DNA of 64,000 nt from a virus: positions 32,001 through 96,000 of the IMG/VR virus record IMGVR_UViG_3300045970_000591, one strand, 5' to 3'. The position numbers were made by a program, and so were the translations under genes. Shown piece by piece: positions 38,447 to 47,905 of this stretch; the first letter of the stretch is position 1, and the number at the start of each line of letters is the position of its first letter. The notes below the pieces were generated by a model, which had not been told where the DNA came from, did no database searches, and saw only the letters and a list, made by a program, of their open reading frames with translations.

Positions 38447-38537
38447 CTTGTGTCCTCATTTTAACTATTTATCATAAAACTAATATGAAAGAAAATGTCA
38501 TCTATGATAAATATAGGTGTATTGAGGAATAATAAAA

Positions 38538-40697
38538 ATGTCACAAAAATATCCGCGAGTTGCCCCTGGTGTAACAATAATAATGGATGAGGCATCAAAT
38601 GGTGTATCATCAAGGCTGACCGCAGATCCGCTGCTAACTTTACCAGCAGATCCGGGCGTAAGTGGTTACAGCGGATTTAGTGGTTATAGTGGCGCCGATG
38701 GGATAACGGGTATAAGTGGTTATAGTGGCACAAATGGCACCAACGGTACAATAGGTGTAGATGGTGTGAGTGGCTATAGTGGTGTAAGTGGATATAGTGG
38801 CCTGCAAGGTTTGCAAGGCATAAGTGGGTATAGTGGATGGTCAGGCGCAAATGGTGCTGGGTCGGTTATGTCTGTAGGTATAAGTGGCTATAGTGGTATC
38901 ACTGCAGGTAATACTCCTATAACAACTTCAGGCATAATGACGGTTACATTAGATAATACCGCTGTTACTCCGGGATCATACACAAATACTAATCTCACAG
39001 TTGATGCACAAGGTAGAATAACTGCTGCTGCAGACGGAACAGGTGGTGGTATAGGATTAGATGCATATAACAGTTTAGGTATAGGCAGCGTCGGCACTTT
39101 AGCAACCTCAACCGGGTTGAATAATCTTGCTATCGGCATTGCCACGTTATGTAACAACACCACCGGCTGTAATAATACAGCAATAGGCTATGGTGCTCTT
39201 TGCACAAACATTACAGGAAAAGATAACCTCGCCCAAGGTTATCAAGCACTATATGCTAATACATACGGTAACGATAATGCTGCTATAGGTCATCGTGCGC
39301 TTTATTGCAACACAACAGGCATTAATAACACTGCAATCGGTAACAGAGCGCTTTATGGGAATTTCACAGGTATCAATAATATTGCCATAGGTGCAGATTC
39401 GCTGGTTTTATCCGCACCAGAATCGGGTTGCGCAACAGTAAATAATAATATAGCACAAGGTTACAGTAGTTTACGCAATCTCACCTCAGGTTCAAATAAC
39501 ATAGCGATAGGCCAGTGCGCAGGTGCAAGTGTATCGTACGGATCTGATAATACCATATTAGGCTCGTTGATAGCAGGAAACTGTGTTTGCACTGTGTTGA
39601 TTGGCGCCGGAACATGCGAGCGTATCAAGGTTGATAATACAGGCCTGTATATAAATGGCACAGCTTTTACTGGTGGTGCACCATCACTGACTGCCACGTA
39701 TAACAACTTAGGAATCGGTACAGGTGCCCTTGCCAATCCGGCGATATATGGCCGCAATAACTTTGCCGTGGGTATTGGCGCGCTCTGCAAAGATACAGGT
39801 GGTAACCATAACTTCGCCCAAGGATATCATGCACTACAAAACAATCTCTATGCGAGTAATAACTTCGCCCAAGGCTACAATGCGCTAGGCAGCAACACAT
39901 ATGGTAGCCATAACTTCGCCCAAGGCTATCGCGCACTATGTAAAAACATTAACGGTAGTAGTAATATAGCAATGGGATTCAATGCACTCACGAGCAACAC
40001 CGCCGCCTGTAATAACACCGCGATAGGAGCATATGCACTCTTTACTAATACCACCGGTAGTAATAACATTGCAATAGGATCTAATGTACTCCGGAGTAAT
40101 ATTGCCGGTATTAATAACATCGCCATGGGAGATCATGCGCTTTACGGTAATACTACTGGCAATAATAATATTGCTCAAGGATATCAGGCGCTCTTCAGCA
40201 ATACTACCGGTACCGATAATATAGGAATTGGTTGCTGTGCCGGATACAGTAATATAGGGGGGTCCAATAATACGTTCCTAGGATACAATGCCCAAGGGAG
40301 CACCTCTACTTCTTCTAACACCATAACACTAGGCAATGCATCAATCGCGACCATTCGTGCTCAAGTAACAACTATTACAGCACTATCTGACGCACGTGAT
40401 AAAACTGACATTGTCGATATTCCACTCGGCCTCGATTTTATCAATCAGATACGCCCAGTGAAGTTTACATGGAATATGCGTGATGGAAGTAAAGTAGGTC
40501 AAGGCTATGCTGGTTTCATTGCACAAGAACTAAAACAAGTAATGGATTATCATCAAGTCAAAGATTGGTTGGATCTCGTTCTTGAAGATAATCCCGATCG
40601 ATACGAAGCCGCACCGGGTAAACTACTGCCTATCATTGTTAAAGCGATCCAGGAACTAAATGCCAAGTTTGAAGCATATAAACTAACGCACCCATAA
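38538..40697 (+). CDS. Fibre/adhesin: G-X-S block, 17-aa NNxAxGxxALxxNTTG repeats, peptidase S74 intramolecular chaperone
   Basis: Repeats visible in the protein. C-terminal SDARDKTDI...RPVKFTW...GFIAQE...KAIQEL. TAAATA at 38509-38514. Confidence 0.8.
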   Translation: MSQKYPRVAPGVTIIMDEASNGVSSRLTADPLLTLPADPGVSGYSGFSGYSGADGITGISGYSGTNGTNGTIGVDGVSGYSGVSGYSGLQGLQGISGYSGWSGANGAGSVMSVGISGYSGITAGNTPITTSGIMTVTLDNTAVTPGSYTNTNLTVDAQGRITAAADGTGGGIGLDAYNSLGIGSVGTLATSTGLNNLAIGIATLCNNTTGCNNTAIGYGALCTNITGKDNLAQGYQALYANTYGNDNAAIGHRALYCNTTGINNTAIGNRALYGNFTGINNIAIGADSLVLSAPESGCATVNNNIAQGYSSLRNLTSGSNNIAIGQCAGASVSYGSDNTILGSLIAGNCVCTVLIGAGTCERIKVDNTGLYINGTAFTGGAPSLTATYNNLGIGTGALANPAIYGRNNFAVGIGALCKDTGGNHNFAQGYHALQNNLYASNNFAQGYNALGSNTYGSHNFAQGYRALCKNINGSSNIAMGFNALTSNTAACNNTAIGAYALFTNTTGSNNIAIGSNVLRSNIAGINNIAMGDHALYGNTTGNNNIAQGYQALFSNTTGTDNIGIGCCAGYSNIGGSNNTFLGYNAQGSTSTSSNTITLGNASIATIRAQVTTITALSDARDKTDIVDIPLGLDFINQIRPVKFTWNMRDGSKVGQGYAGFIAQELKQVMDYHQVKDWLDLVLEDNPDRYEAAPGKLLPIIVKAIQELNAKFEAYKLTHP

Positions 40698-40754
40698 TCA
40701 ATAATAGTATCTGCAATACCTGTTCCTAAGTAAATACTACTTTAAGGGACAAGT

Positions 40755-41606
40755 ATGACTAAGATTTTAATAATGGGCCTCCCCGGCTCCGGAAAAACAT
40801 TTCTCGCCCAAGCACTAAAACATTATCTGATAGAGAACGGCACTGCAAATAACATGTCGTTACCTAACGCGATGCTTACTGATTTACAGTTTGGTGATTA
40901 TAAAATATCTGTAGATTGGTTCAACGCCGACGAAATAAGAAAACGATTCAATGACTGGGATTTTAGTCACGATGGTAGAATCCGCCAATCATTAAGAATG
41001 GCAGAGTTTGCATTAAAGTCTGCTGGTGATTTTGTTATCGCTGACTTTGTTGCACCACTTGTAGAGATGCGTAACAACTTCAAAGCAGATTGGACTATTT
41101 GGATGGACACTATTGACCAAGGCCGCTTCGCTGATACAAACAAGGCATTTATTCCTCCGGAACAGTATGATTTCCGTATAACTGAAAAGGATGCAGAGAA
41201 ATGGGCAGAGTTTGTAGGTTCGCATATTTTAGAAAATCGTCGCCGACCTGTCTTTGATTGGAAGAAAGAGACAGTGCAGATGTTAGGCCGTTGGCAACCT
41301 TTTCACGAAGGTCATCGCGCCCTGTTTGATAGACTTATTCAGAAAACTGGACAAGTTGTTATTCAAATAAGAGATTGTCAGGGCTGGCAAGGATCTAATC
41401 CGTTCGCTATTAAACAAGTAGAAGGATTTATCCGTCGCGATTTAGATCCTTTATATCAGGGGCAATATGAGATTCAGGTGGTGCCTAATATTGTGCATAT
41501 CGGCTGGGGTAGAGGTGTAGGATATACAATGGCAGAGGAATCTTTTGTTGATAGTATAACTGATATTTCGGCCACTAAAATCCGTAAAGAACTGGGGTTA
41601 AAATAA
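40755..41606 (+). CDS. Adenylyl-sulfate kinase-like domain fused to an HxGH nucleotidyltransferase domain
   Basis: GLPGSGKT P-loop, NADEIR, GR.RQ..R, ADFVAP...R (CysC-like); then GRWQPFHEGH...NP...ISATKIR. TAAATA at 40731-40736. Confidence 0.75.
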   Translation: MTKILIMGLPGSGKTFLAQALKHYLIENGTANNMSLPNAMLTDLQFGDYKISVDWFNADEIRKRFNDWDFSHDGRIRQSLRMAEFALKSAGDFVIADFVAPLVEMRNNFKADWTIWMDTIDQGRFADTNKAFIPPEQYDFRITEKDAEKWAEFVGSHILENRRRPVFDWKKETVQMLGRWQPFHEGHRALFDRLIQKTGQVVIQIRDCQGWQGSNPFAIKQVEGFIRRDLDPLYQGQYEIQVVPNIVHIGWGRGVGYTMAEESFVDSITDISATKIRKELGLK

Positions 41607-41650
41607 CATAGTGCTATTTTAGTGATAAATACTATAATAAGGAACCTATT

Positions 41651-42598
41651 ATGAAAACAAAAACACCTGTAGAAAAATCCGCAAAGATACCTAAGCCAGC
41701 AACTGTAGCACCAAGAATCATACCGTTATCGGACTTACAACCATCGCCACCGGATATACGAGATCATATAGCAGCATTACCTCGTGTAACCTTGCCTACA
41801 TCTGTTGATCTTAAGCCATTAGTGAATGAAGTAGAAAATCAAAGCATATTCAACTCTTGCACTGCTAACGCAGGTTGTTCCGCATTAGAACTTATGTATC
41901 ACGGAAATAATACCATAGTTGATTTGAGTAGATTCTATCTATATTACTACACACGTCAACTAAGCGGTATTACAGGTGACAAAGGTGCGTATGCAAGAGA
42001 TATCGGCAAAGCACTTAAGGCGTATGGTGTGTGTACTGAAAATAACTGGGCATATGTTCAGGAGAACCTAGATAAGGCGCCCACGCCGGCAGTAATCCAA
42101 GAAGCAAACAAGTTTAAGATTTTATCTTATGAACAGCTTGTTGGTGACAAGTTACTTGAGATTAAGAATGCAGTTGCTCAGGGTGTTCCTGTATTGCTTA
42201 CAATGGCAGTGCATAATGGTTTCTATGGTTTAACAGGCAACTGGAAAACACATTCGTGGGATTATACTGATAACTCTAAAAATCCAGTAGTAGGTTGGCA
42301 CGAAGTATTGATTATTGGGTACGACGATGCAGCTCAAAGATTGTTGGTAGAAAATTCTTGGGGACCTGAGTGGGGAGATGGTGGCTTCTTTGGCATATCT
42401 TATGGTATGTTGACATCAGCAGCAATCGGTGAACTGTGGGTTTTATCACCTAACTATTCATTGGGTAACGATGTTATTCCGGATCCATTACCGGATCCAT
42501 TACCTACTCCACCTACTAATAAATCGTGGATAGTTATTGCATTGATTGCACTTGCTATTATTATTTTCACAACTACAGGTATGTTTCCGACTCCATAG
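41651..42598 (+). CDS. Papain-like cysteine protease (C1A) with Pro linker and C-terminal hydrophobic helix
   Basis: NQSIFNSCTANA (Gln/Cys), WHEV (His), ENSWGPEWGDGGF (Asn). C-terminus WIVIALIALAIIIF. Confidence 0.85.
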   Translation: MKTKTPVEKSAKIPKPATVAPRIIPLSDLQPSPPDIRDHIAALPRVTLPTSVDLKPLVNEVENQSIFNSCTANAGCSALELMYHGNNTIVDLSRFYLYYYTRQLSGITGDKGAYARDIGKALKAYGVCTENNWAYVQENLDKAPTPAVIQEANKFKILSYEQLVGDKLLEIKNAVAQGVPVLLTMAVHNGFYGLTGNWKTHSWDYTDNSKNPVVGWHEVLIIGYDDAAQRLLVENSWGPEWGDGGFFGISYGMLTSAAIGELWVLSPNYSLGNDVIPDPLPDPLPTPPTNKSWIVIALIALAIIIFTTTGMFPTP

Positions 42599-42686
42599 GG
42601 TTTTATTATCTATTGATAAATAGTAATAGAATTCTAATGACTATTACATAATGTAATAGACGAGTTTCGACTCGAACAAGGGAACT

Positions 42687-45600
42687 ATGTCAGTTACAAT
42701 CAATGCTAAAGGTACCAGTGTACCCTATTTTACTATAGGTAAAGGCGGCGCCACGATATATCAAGGCGTTGCAGATCCCTCCCTTTCATACACAATCAAC
42801 ACAGGCGATTATTGGCTTGATACTGTCACCTTGGCTCAAAAAGTGTGGAATGGTTCTGCTTGGGTTATGCCTCTTGGAACAAGTGGCTATAGCGGTGTAA
42901 GTGGCTACAGTGGTTTCAGTGGTGTAAGTGGCTACAGTGGTTTCAGTGGTGTAAGTGGAACAAGTGGCTACAGTGGTTTTAGTGGTTTCAGTGGCGTAAG
43001 TGGAACAAGTGGCGTAAGTGGCTATAGTGGTTTCAGTGGAACATCTGGTGTAAGTGGCTACAGTGGATTTAGTGGAACATCTGGCTATAGTGGTTTCAGT
43101 GGTTTCAGTGGGTTCAGTGGTGTAAGTGGCTACAGTGGAACATCTGGCTACAGTGGAAAGTCAGGGTATAGTGGGTTCAGTGGAACAAGTGGCTACAGTG
43201 GCTTTAGTGGTGTAAGTGGCTACAGCGGTTATAGTGGTGCAGGATCAGTATTAGGCGCCGATATTCAACGCTGCGGTTTCTTAAATCAGACAGAGACTAC
43301 AATCGCATTTGACGGTACCAATACATTTACGTTAGGTGATGCAGGCGCCGGGTGGTCGTATTATCTCAACGGGTTAAAATATACAATATCCGGTAGCAAA
43401 ACAATAACACTAACTGGTGCACCTCCCGCTGCAAAAGCAGTTTATTTTATTAGTATTTCAAATAACACAACAGGTACATTAAGTGTTTCGACTACCGCCT
43501 GGGATTTAACTGACCCACTTACTATACCTGTCGTAACCGTAAACTGGGATAGCACCCTTACGCCTACGTACTGGTTAGCAGATGAGCGCCACTCGACAAA
43601 GATTGACCGTAGAATGCATTACTATTTGCATACTACTCACGGAACCCAAGTAAGAACATACGGTGGCGTAGCAGGATATACCGTAGCACCCGCTGTCCCT
43701 GCAAATATAGATAATACTTTTTCTATCGGTGCAACCATATTAGAAGATGAAGATATTATTTTAAGTCTTGCAGCATTAACAGATCCGGGCGGCGTCACTA
43801 CTGATTATGTAAACCTATACAGGACTGCTGCAACAACATATGCTTGGGCTGCATCTGCACTACCATATCCTTCATCTGCAACATATATTCAATATGATAA
43901 TGCCGGCACACTAACAACAGGTATCAATAATAGATGGTATAACTCGTATCTATTATTTACGGATTACAGCGGCGCTGGCCGATTTGTTATGATACCGGGT
44001 CGCGCACAGTTTACATCGTTAGCAAACGCTCAGTTAGAAGATCCATCACAGTTTGATTGGACAGGGTTAGGCATTGCCGAGTTTGTTATAGCATATCAGT
44101 TTACATGGAATAGTGGTGCGGCATATACAACAACCGGTAAAGTTAGATTAGCAGCAATACCGGTCAAGGTTAATATAGCAACATTAGCAGCAACTACAAT
44201 AACATCGGCTGCACATAATAGCTTAACAGGGTTACAAGGCGGCATACCGACAGAATATTTCCACTTAACCGCTGCCGAATATGCAGCACTTCAACTAACT
44301 GGTGGATCGGGGTTTAGCGGGTATAGTGGGATAAGTGGTTATAGCGGAGTGTCAGGATACAGCGGGGTCGGCACATCTGGTGTAAGTGGCTACAGTGGAA
44401 CAAGTGGCACATCTGGCTACAGTGGAACATCTGGTGTAAGTGGCTACAGTGGTTTCAGTGGAACATCTGGTGTAAGTGGCTACAGTGGTTTCAGTGGAAC
44501 ATCTGGTGTAAGTGGCTACAGTGGATTTAGTGGAACAAGTGGCACATCTGGCTACAGTGGAACATCTGGTGTAAGTGGCTACAGTGGAACATCTGGTGTA
44601 AGTGGCTACAGTGGTTTCAGTGGAACATCTGGTGTAAGTGGCTACAGTGGATTTAGTGGAACAAGTGGCTATAGCGGGTTCAGCGGCGTTTCTGGCTATA
44701 GCGGGTTCAGTGGGTTTAGTGGCACAAGCGGGTTCAGCGGCGTTTCTGGCTATAGCGGGTTCAGTGGGTTTAGTGGAACATCTGGCTATAGCGGTTTCAG
44801 TGGAACAAGTGGCTACAGCGGTAAATCAGGTTTCAGTGGCTATAGTGGTACACCTCTATCTTGGGTTGAGATAACAAGTAATACAACTGCGGTGAGTTTA
44901 GTACAGTATATATGCGATACAACTGCTGCACCATTCACCCTAACATTACCGCTATCTCCTACTACGGGCAATATGGTAACTGTAATGGACGGTGGTTCTT
45001 TTGCAGTCAATAATCTAACGGTAGCAAGAAACGGAAGCACTATAGAAGGCCTTGCTGAAGATTTTGTTATTAATATATCTTCGGTGATAGTTTATTTTGT
45101 ATATGATGGCGTCACCTGGCAAATGGCTGCAACAGTCGGCCCAGCAGGAACAAGCGGATATAGCGGATACGGTGGCGTAGATGGTACAAGTGGGTTCAGT
45201 GGATCAAACGGTACCATAGGTGTAGATGGAACAAGCGGCTATAGTGGGTTCAGTGGTTACAGTGGAACATCTGGTTATAGCGGAACATCTGGTTATAGCG
45301 GCTCACCTGGCCCGTCAAATATAATAAATGCTACAGATGATGTCGCCACAACATTATTATACCCGGTTATGGTTGCCGCAGCAGGCTCACCACAAACTGC
45401 TAAAGTATCTACTCCAAAAATATCATTTGACGCATCGACTGGTGTATTTTCCGCTGTTTCGAAATCTTTCTTGATAGATCATCCTACCAAACCTGGTATG
45501 CAGCTACGATATGGTTGTTTAGAAGGCGAAGAATATGGCGTATATTTGCGCGGAAGATTAACTGATTGTAATGAGATTATGTTGCCGGAATACTGGACAA

Positions 45601-45785
45601 AACTAATAGATCCCCAATCTATAACAGTGCAACTAACGCAGATAGGCATTAGTAAACAAGATTTATATGTTGATTCAATAGAACACAATATAGTTAAGAT
45701 AGGTGGCACAAACATAAACTGTTTCTATGTTATATTTGCCGAAAGAAGTGATATACCCAAAATAATAGTAGAGGATAGTAAATGA
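42687..45785 (+). CDS. Long fibre protein with extensive G-X-S repeats and a C-terminal chaperone-type domain
   Basis: Three SGYSGFSG blocks, the duplicated ~330-aa domain, a TLTLP...W fibre module, and KSFLIDHP...LRYGCLEG...GVY.RG...LPEYW terminal domain. Confidence 0.78.
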   Translation: MSVTINAKGTSVPYFTIGKGGATIYQGVADPSLSYTINTGDYWLDTVTLAQKVWNGSAWVMPLGTSGYSGVSGYSGFSGVSGYSGFSGVSGTSGYSGFSGFSGVSGTSGVSGYSGFSGTSGVSGYSGFSGTSGYSGFSGFSGFSGVSGYSGTSGYSGKSGYSGFSGTSGYSGFSGVSGYSGYSGAGSVLGADIQRCGFLNQTETTIAFDGTNTFTLGDAGAGWSYYLNGLKYTISGSKTITLTGAPPAAKAVYFISISNNTTGTLSVSTTAWDLTDPLTIPVVTVNWDSTLTPTYWLADERHSTKIDRRMHYYLHTTHGTQVRTYGGVAGYTVAPAVPANIDNTFSIGATILEDEDIILSLAALTDPGGVTTDYVNLYRTAATTYAWAASALPYPSSATYIQYDNAGTLTTGINNRWYNSYLLFTDYSGAGRFVMIPGRAQFTSLANAQLEDPSQFDWTGLGIAEFVIAYQFTWNSGAAYTTTGKVRLAAIPVKVNIATLAATTITSAAHNSLTGLQGGIPTEYFHLTAAEYAALQLTGGSGFSGYSGISGYSGVSGYSGVGTSGVSGYSGTSGTSGYSGTSGVSGYSGFSGTSGVSGYSGFSGTSGVSGYSGFSGTSGTSGYSGTSGVSGYSGTSGVSGYSGFSGTSGVSGYSGFSGTSGYSGFSGVSGYSGFSGFSGTSGFSGVSGYSGFSGFSGTSGYSGFSGTSGYSGKSGFSGYSGTPLSWVEITSNTTAVSLVQYICDTTAAPFTLTLPLSPTTGNMVTVMDGGSFAVNNLTVARNGSTIEGLAEDFVINISSVIVYFVYDGVTWQMAATVGPAGTSGYSGYGGVDGTSGFSGSNGTIGVDGTSGYSGFSGYSGTSGYSGTSGYSGSPGPSNIINATDDVATTLLYPVMVAAAGSPQTAKVSTPKISFDASTGVFSAVSKSFLIDHPTKPGMQLRYGCLEGEEYGVYLRGRLTDCNEIMLPEYWTKLIDPQSITVQLTQIGISKQDLYVDSIEHNIVKIGGTNINCFYVIFAERSDIPKIIVEDSK
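42876..43238 (+). repeat. 9-nt-period Ser-Gly-X coding repeat
   Basis: Near-perfect reiteration of AGTGGCTAC / AGTGGTTTC / AGTGGTGTA units. Confidence 0.92.
44305..44849 (+). repeat. 9-nt-period Ser-Gly-X coding repeat (longest block)
   Basis: Higher-order unit ACATCTGGTGTAAGTGGCTACAGTGGTTTCAGTGGA repeated several times. Confidence 0.92.
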
Positions 45786-46486
45786 GTATCTCTTACAATC
45801 CGAGTATAGTAACTAATGGGCTTGTGCTGTGTCTTGACGCAGCTAATACGAAAAGTTATCCTGGCAGTGGAACTATCTGGAGTGATCTTAGCGGGTTCGG
45901 CAATAATGGCACACTCTATAACACCCCTGTGTATAGTAGTGGAAGTTTAGCATTTAATGGCACTACACAATATTGTTTATGTGGAAATGCAATCCAGGTT
46001 AGTGGTAGTTTACCCTGGTCTGTTGTTGGTTGGTTTAAAAGAACATCAGCATATGCAGGAAAAGCATCGTGGGGATTTGGAACTGCCAACGCCAACTTTA
46101 ATACCTTCAATAATGCTTCGGCCAATGAGATATCTATAGATTTATATGGTGTTGCTACATTCAGCAGCGGGCAAATATATGATCTTAACTCATGGAACTT
46201 CGCCGCATGGACATTTAGTGGGGGCGTATTTAACCGAGCAAATATTAAGATTTGGAAAAATACCACATCTTACACCGGCCCTACTCTAAATATATTACGG
46301 GGAGCAGAAACCACAACACCCAACATAAACGCAGCAGGCGGATTTTTAGTAGGTAGAGTTAGCGCAGCAGACAATGCATACTATGCGCCGGTTACAGTTT
46401 CACATATCAGCTTTTACAACCGTGCCATTACTGCGGCTGAAGTTGCACAAAACTTTAACGCTACAAAATCGAGGTATGGGCTATGA
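45782..46486 (+). CDS. LamG/concanavalin A-like lectin-domain virion protein
   Basis: NGLVLCLDAANTKSYPGSGT.WSDLSG...FYNRA.TA.EV.QNFNA..SRYG. Confidence 0.82.
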   Translation: MSISYNPSIVTNGLVLCLDAANTKSYPGSGTIWSDLSGFGNNGTLYNTPVYSSGSLAFNGTTQYCLCGNAIQVSGSLPWSVVGWFKRTSAYAGKASWGFGTANANFNTFNNASANEISIDLYGVATFSSGQIYDLNSWNFAAWTFSGGVFNRANIKIWKNTTSYTGPTLNILRGAETTTPNINAAGGFLVGRVSAADNAYYAPVTVSHISFYNRAITAAEVAQNFNATKSRYGL

Positions 46487-47175
46487 GCTTAGGTCACGGA
46501 GCATCAATCGTTACTAACGGACTGGTATTGTGTCTTGATGCTGCCAACACAAAGAGCTATCCTGGCAGTGGAACTACCTGGAGCGATTTATCCGGATTTA
46601 ATAATACAGGGACATTGGTTAATGGAGCAACTTATTCGTCTGCTAACAACGGTAGTATTGCATTTGATGGAACATCAGGTTATATCAACTGTGGCTCGGC
46701 ACCCGTTATTGGCTCGTCATTAACTGGCCTTACAGTCGAGGTGTGGTTATATTCTACCGCTAGAACAACTAAATGTATAGCAGAAAACGGCTCAGCGCAC
46801 AATGCAAACACATTTTATATGTTTCAAGAGAACGTTGTTAACTTTTCATTTGAGGTGTGGGGCGGCACAACATATGATGCATTATACTCAAACTTCACAT
46901 ATCAACTAAACACATGGTATCATTTAGTCGGTACATGGTCGTCTGGCAACAGGGTGAAAATGTATAGTAACGGTGTAGAAAGTGGCGCCGCCCCGTTCGG
47001 TTCAGTGCAAACTGCGGTTGCAAACGGTAATACAAATCTAATGATTGGTGCCAGGGCAGGCACCGGCTCCTGGTGGTCGGGTAACATACCTACCGCACGA
47101 TTTTACAACCGCGCTCTATCAGCCTATGAGGTAAGACAGAATTTCAACGCAGCAAGGTCACGTTATGGCCTATGA
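46483..47175 (+). CDS. LamG/concanavalin A-like lectin-domain protein, tandem paralog
   Basis: Same N- and C-terminal motifs as the 45782 gene, with a divergent centre; WYHLVGTW. Confidence 0.82.
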   Translation: MSLGHGASIVTNGLVLCLDAANTKSYPGSGTTWSDLSGFNNTGTLVNGATYSSANNGSIAFDGTSGYINCGSAPVIGSSLTGLTVEVWLYSTARTTKCIAENGSAHNANTFYMFQENVVNFSFEVWGGTTYDALYSNFTYQLNTWYHLVGTWSSGNRVKMYSNGVESGAAPFGSVQTAVANGNTNLMIGARAGTGSWWSGNIPTARFYNRALSAYEVRQNFNAARSRYGL

Positions 47176-47196
47176 TAAATATAAAATAAGGTAAAA

Positions 47197-47562
47197 ATGG
47201 CATCATATATAGGTCTTAGTCCGGCATTAGTAGCAATCAGAACAGATGCAGAAGCAGCTCGCGATACTGCGGTAGCCGCCGCTACAGGACAATATAACAA
47301 TGTAGTAAGGAACATAACAGTATCTGACAGTATAGTAATGACAGATAGTATTATTTTTGCATCAAACACTATCACATTGACTATGCCCACAGCAGTTGGC
47401 ATTAGTGGTAGAACATTTACTGTAAAGAATAAAGGTGTAGGGATGATAACTTTAACTGGTGTAAATGCAGAAACCATTGACAGTTATTCAACAATGACAC
47501 TAAGTGAACCAAATACATCTATAGATATTATATCTGATGGAAGTAACTGGTATATTTTATAA
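47197..47562 (+). CDS. Small fibre-module protein
   Basis: ITLTMP.A....GR.FTVKN.G.G.IT....AETID......L......I.IISDGSNW is homologous to modules inside the 42687 and 50759 genes. Confidence 0.6.
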   Translation: MASYIGLSPALVAIRTDAEAARDTAVAAATGQYNNVVRNITVSDSIVMTDSIIFASNTITLTMPTAVGISGRTFTVKNKGVGMITLTGVNAETIDSYSTMTLSEPNTSIDIISDGSNWYIL

Positions 47563-47571
47563 GAGGATATT

Positions 47572-47898
47572 ATGTCATACATAGAAACAACAAAGATCAA
47601 AGACGCAGACGGGGTTTTGATGACCCCAGCTAAGGATGATAGTCTCACCCTACTACGCAGAATATTTCAGCTACTCAAACCACTCGGTGTCACATCGGGT
47701 CTCGGTAGTAATAGATTGAACGTTGATATAAACACAGTTGGTTCAGGTACGATTACCACTGTAGGCACTGTTACAACTGTAACAACCGTCGCAACCGTCA
47801 CTAATCAAAACTACATGGCCAATATCCACTTGTTTGAACTATTAAAAGCATCAAACAGAGCCGGATATAACACCGGAATAAGAGCAAACATAACTTAA
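47572..47898 (+). CDS. Small Thr/Val-rich hypothetical virion protein
   Basis: GAGG SD; TITTVGTVTTVTTVATVTN stretch. Confidence 0.55.
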   Translation: MSYIETTKIKDADGVLMTPAKDDSLTLLRRIFQLLKPLGVTSGLGSNRLNVDINTVGSGTITTVGTVTTVTTVATVTNQNYMANIHLFELLKASNRAGYNTGIRANIT

Positions 47899-47905
47899 GG
47901 CAAAT

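Noticed and set aside
42876-44849. SGYSG tracts as ice-nucleation (AGYGST) repeats
   Set aside because: The period is 3 aa with invariant Gly, not the 8/16-aa TxT-containing InaZ repeat.
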